The position numbers and the translations under genes are program-made. From assembly GCF_001194135.2 (NCBI RefSeq), contig NC_068982.1:59860815-59924814 (forward strand): a stretch of 64,000 nt of DNA, read 5' to 3'. The notes beneath the pieces were generated by a model, which was not told where the DNA came from, ran no database searches, and worked only from the letters and a program-made list of their open reading frames with translations. How positions within the stretch are numbered: position 1 is the first letter of the stretch; every line of letters starts with the position of its first letter. This DNA comes from Octopus bimaculoides (taxonomy: Eukaryota). Positions 62,564-64,000 of this stretch are shown here, piece by piece.

Positions 62564-63689
62564 AAAAAACAATTTAGATGAATGTATTTAAACAAAGACA
62601 AACAGGTACTGAAATCTAATTTGAGGGGAGGGGCTAATGTGTCTGCCTAAGTATGAATAAATGTATGAAAGAGTGCGTATGTGTATTCAGGTGATAGAAT
62701 TTGCAGAAGATCCCCATATATACATTTACACATACAACCTTTTCCTCTAAAATCAGCTTTCAGCCCTTGTTTATTTTCATTTAAATAGATTCATCTAAAT
62801 TAGTTGTTTTAATTCATCTTCAATATCATTTTAAAAATATCATATAGTATTTATATTCTTTTTTTTTTAACAATCTGTATCGATACTAAGCTCTATGTCT
62901 CAATATTTAGAAAATAGACAAAATTCCATTATTAGCTGGGAGAGAAAAACTCATTACCATAGCAAAAATTAACCTGCAGGCCATTTTCCAAAACATTACA
63001 CATTCTAGGAGGTAATTTTAAAATACAATTTTTAAAAAAATTTACCATTCTATTGTTACGTCTGAAGTAACTACTATTGTTTCTTTTACTTACTACCATG
63101 TAGCTCTGACAGGTCTATATATAGGAATAATTGACAATGTATTTTTTAATACTTGACAATCTCCCATAGGAGAGAAACAAATATCTATCTGTAGAATTCA
63201 ATTACATTTTAAAATAACTTATCAATTACTCTGCTAGTCTGCATAGAGTTCTTTTGATACTTCGTCTTTTACGTTTTTTTCCCCTCAGAATAAACTACGC
63301 GCGCGTATGTGTTTACTTACATACGTATGCATACATAATTATCTGTCTATCTTTATATATATACACGCACATATATGTTAACTAGATAGATGTTTGTTGT
63401 GCACGTAGGCATGAATGATGATGCCCATATTTGCGTGCACGCGTGTGTGTGTGCGTGCGCGTATACATGAATGCATGACGTATGTATGTACATATGAATG
63501 AATGAATGAGTGAATGAATACGAGGCAGTATCAGAAAGATGTCGGACCAGGTCTGAAAAAAAGACTAGCACTCCAATAAATAACGCATTTCATATATTAT
63601 ATATTTATAATCGGGCACCGCTCTTTTCAAAAATCTAATTGGAATCGTACACAGTGACTTCAACATGTCTTTTATAACTCAAAAGTTTT

Positions 63690-64000
63690 GTAGTGACGCC
63701 TTATAGTGACGCTTTATAGCAGACGACATTTCCGGAGTTTTATCCACGCGTGCGCAGGGACTAGTTCCGGAAGGAATACAGGAAGAGTCTCATGCGCATG
63801 CGTAGTCATCGACATCCAAGCTTTCGCGCTTCTTTCACTCTCTTTCTCGCTGGCCGACGAAGGGCCTAGACGTCGTCAACAGCCACTCTCCAACATTCCA
63901 ACTCTGGAGCTACACAAATAACCACGCAACTTCATTGACGGCGTCTCAGTAACCAAAGGGCGAAGTGCTGCCGAATTCTATTGTAATAAATATTGTTGTG
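63690..64000. promoter_or_regulatory. CpG-rich housekeeping-type Pol II promoter or first exon, possibly bidirectional
   Basis: About 23 CpGs in 310 bp by my count, against CpG depletion elsewhere. ETS motifs atttccgg (about 63728-63735) and ttccggaag (63765-63773), NRF1-like tgcgcatgcg (63793-63802), tandem tagtgacgc (63691, 63704), pyrimidine-rich initiator-like tract about 63830-63850. Confidence 0.75.

Overview
AT-rich, repeat-dense animal genomic DNA from a draft assembly with 7 N-gaps. The interspersed repeat families look to me like those of Octopus (coleoid cephalopod). This is recognition from memory, not a database result. I could not name any protein-coding gene. Nearly all ORFs in the supplied track are translations of microsatellites, SINEs or decayed transposons. 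Well-supported content: (i) more than 30 copies of several tRNA-headed SINE families with swapped tails; (ii) decayed RTE and Tx1/L1-clade LINEs and mariner DNA transposons, including nested insertions with clear target-site duplications; (iii) a Penelope-like element (GIY-YIG remnant, tRNA-like Pol III cassette, hammerhead-bearing terminal repeat) and an inverted pair of the same terminus with two minimal hammerhead ribozyme cores, one essentially intact; (iv) several unclassified inverted-repeat or foldback elements; (v) a CpG-rich housekeeping-type promoter (ETS, NRF1-like and CRE-half motifs) in the last ~310 bp. A few isolated candidate exons on both strands are listed at low confidence. 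Repeat boundaries are approximate (about 10-30 bp) unless a TSD or an exact arm is quoted.
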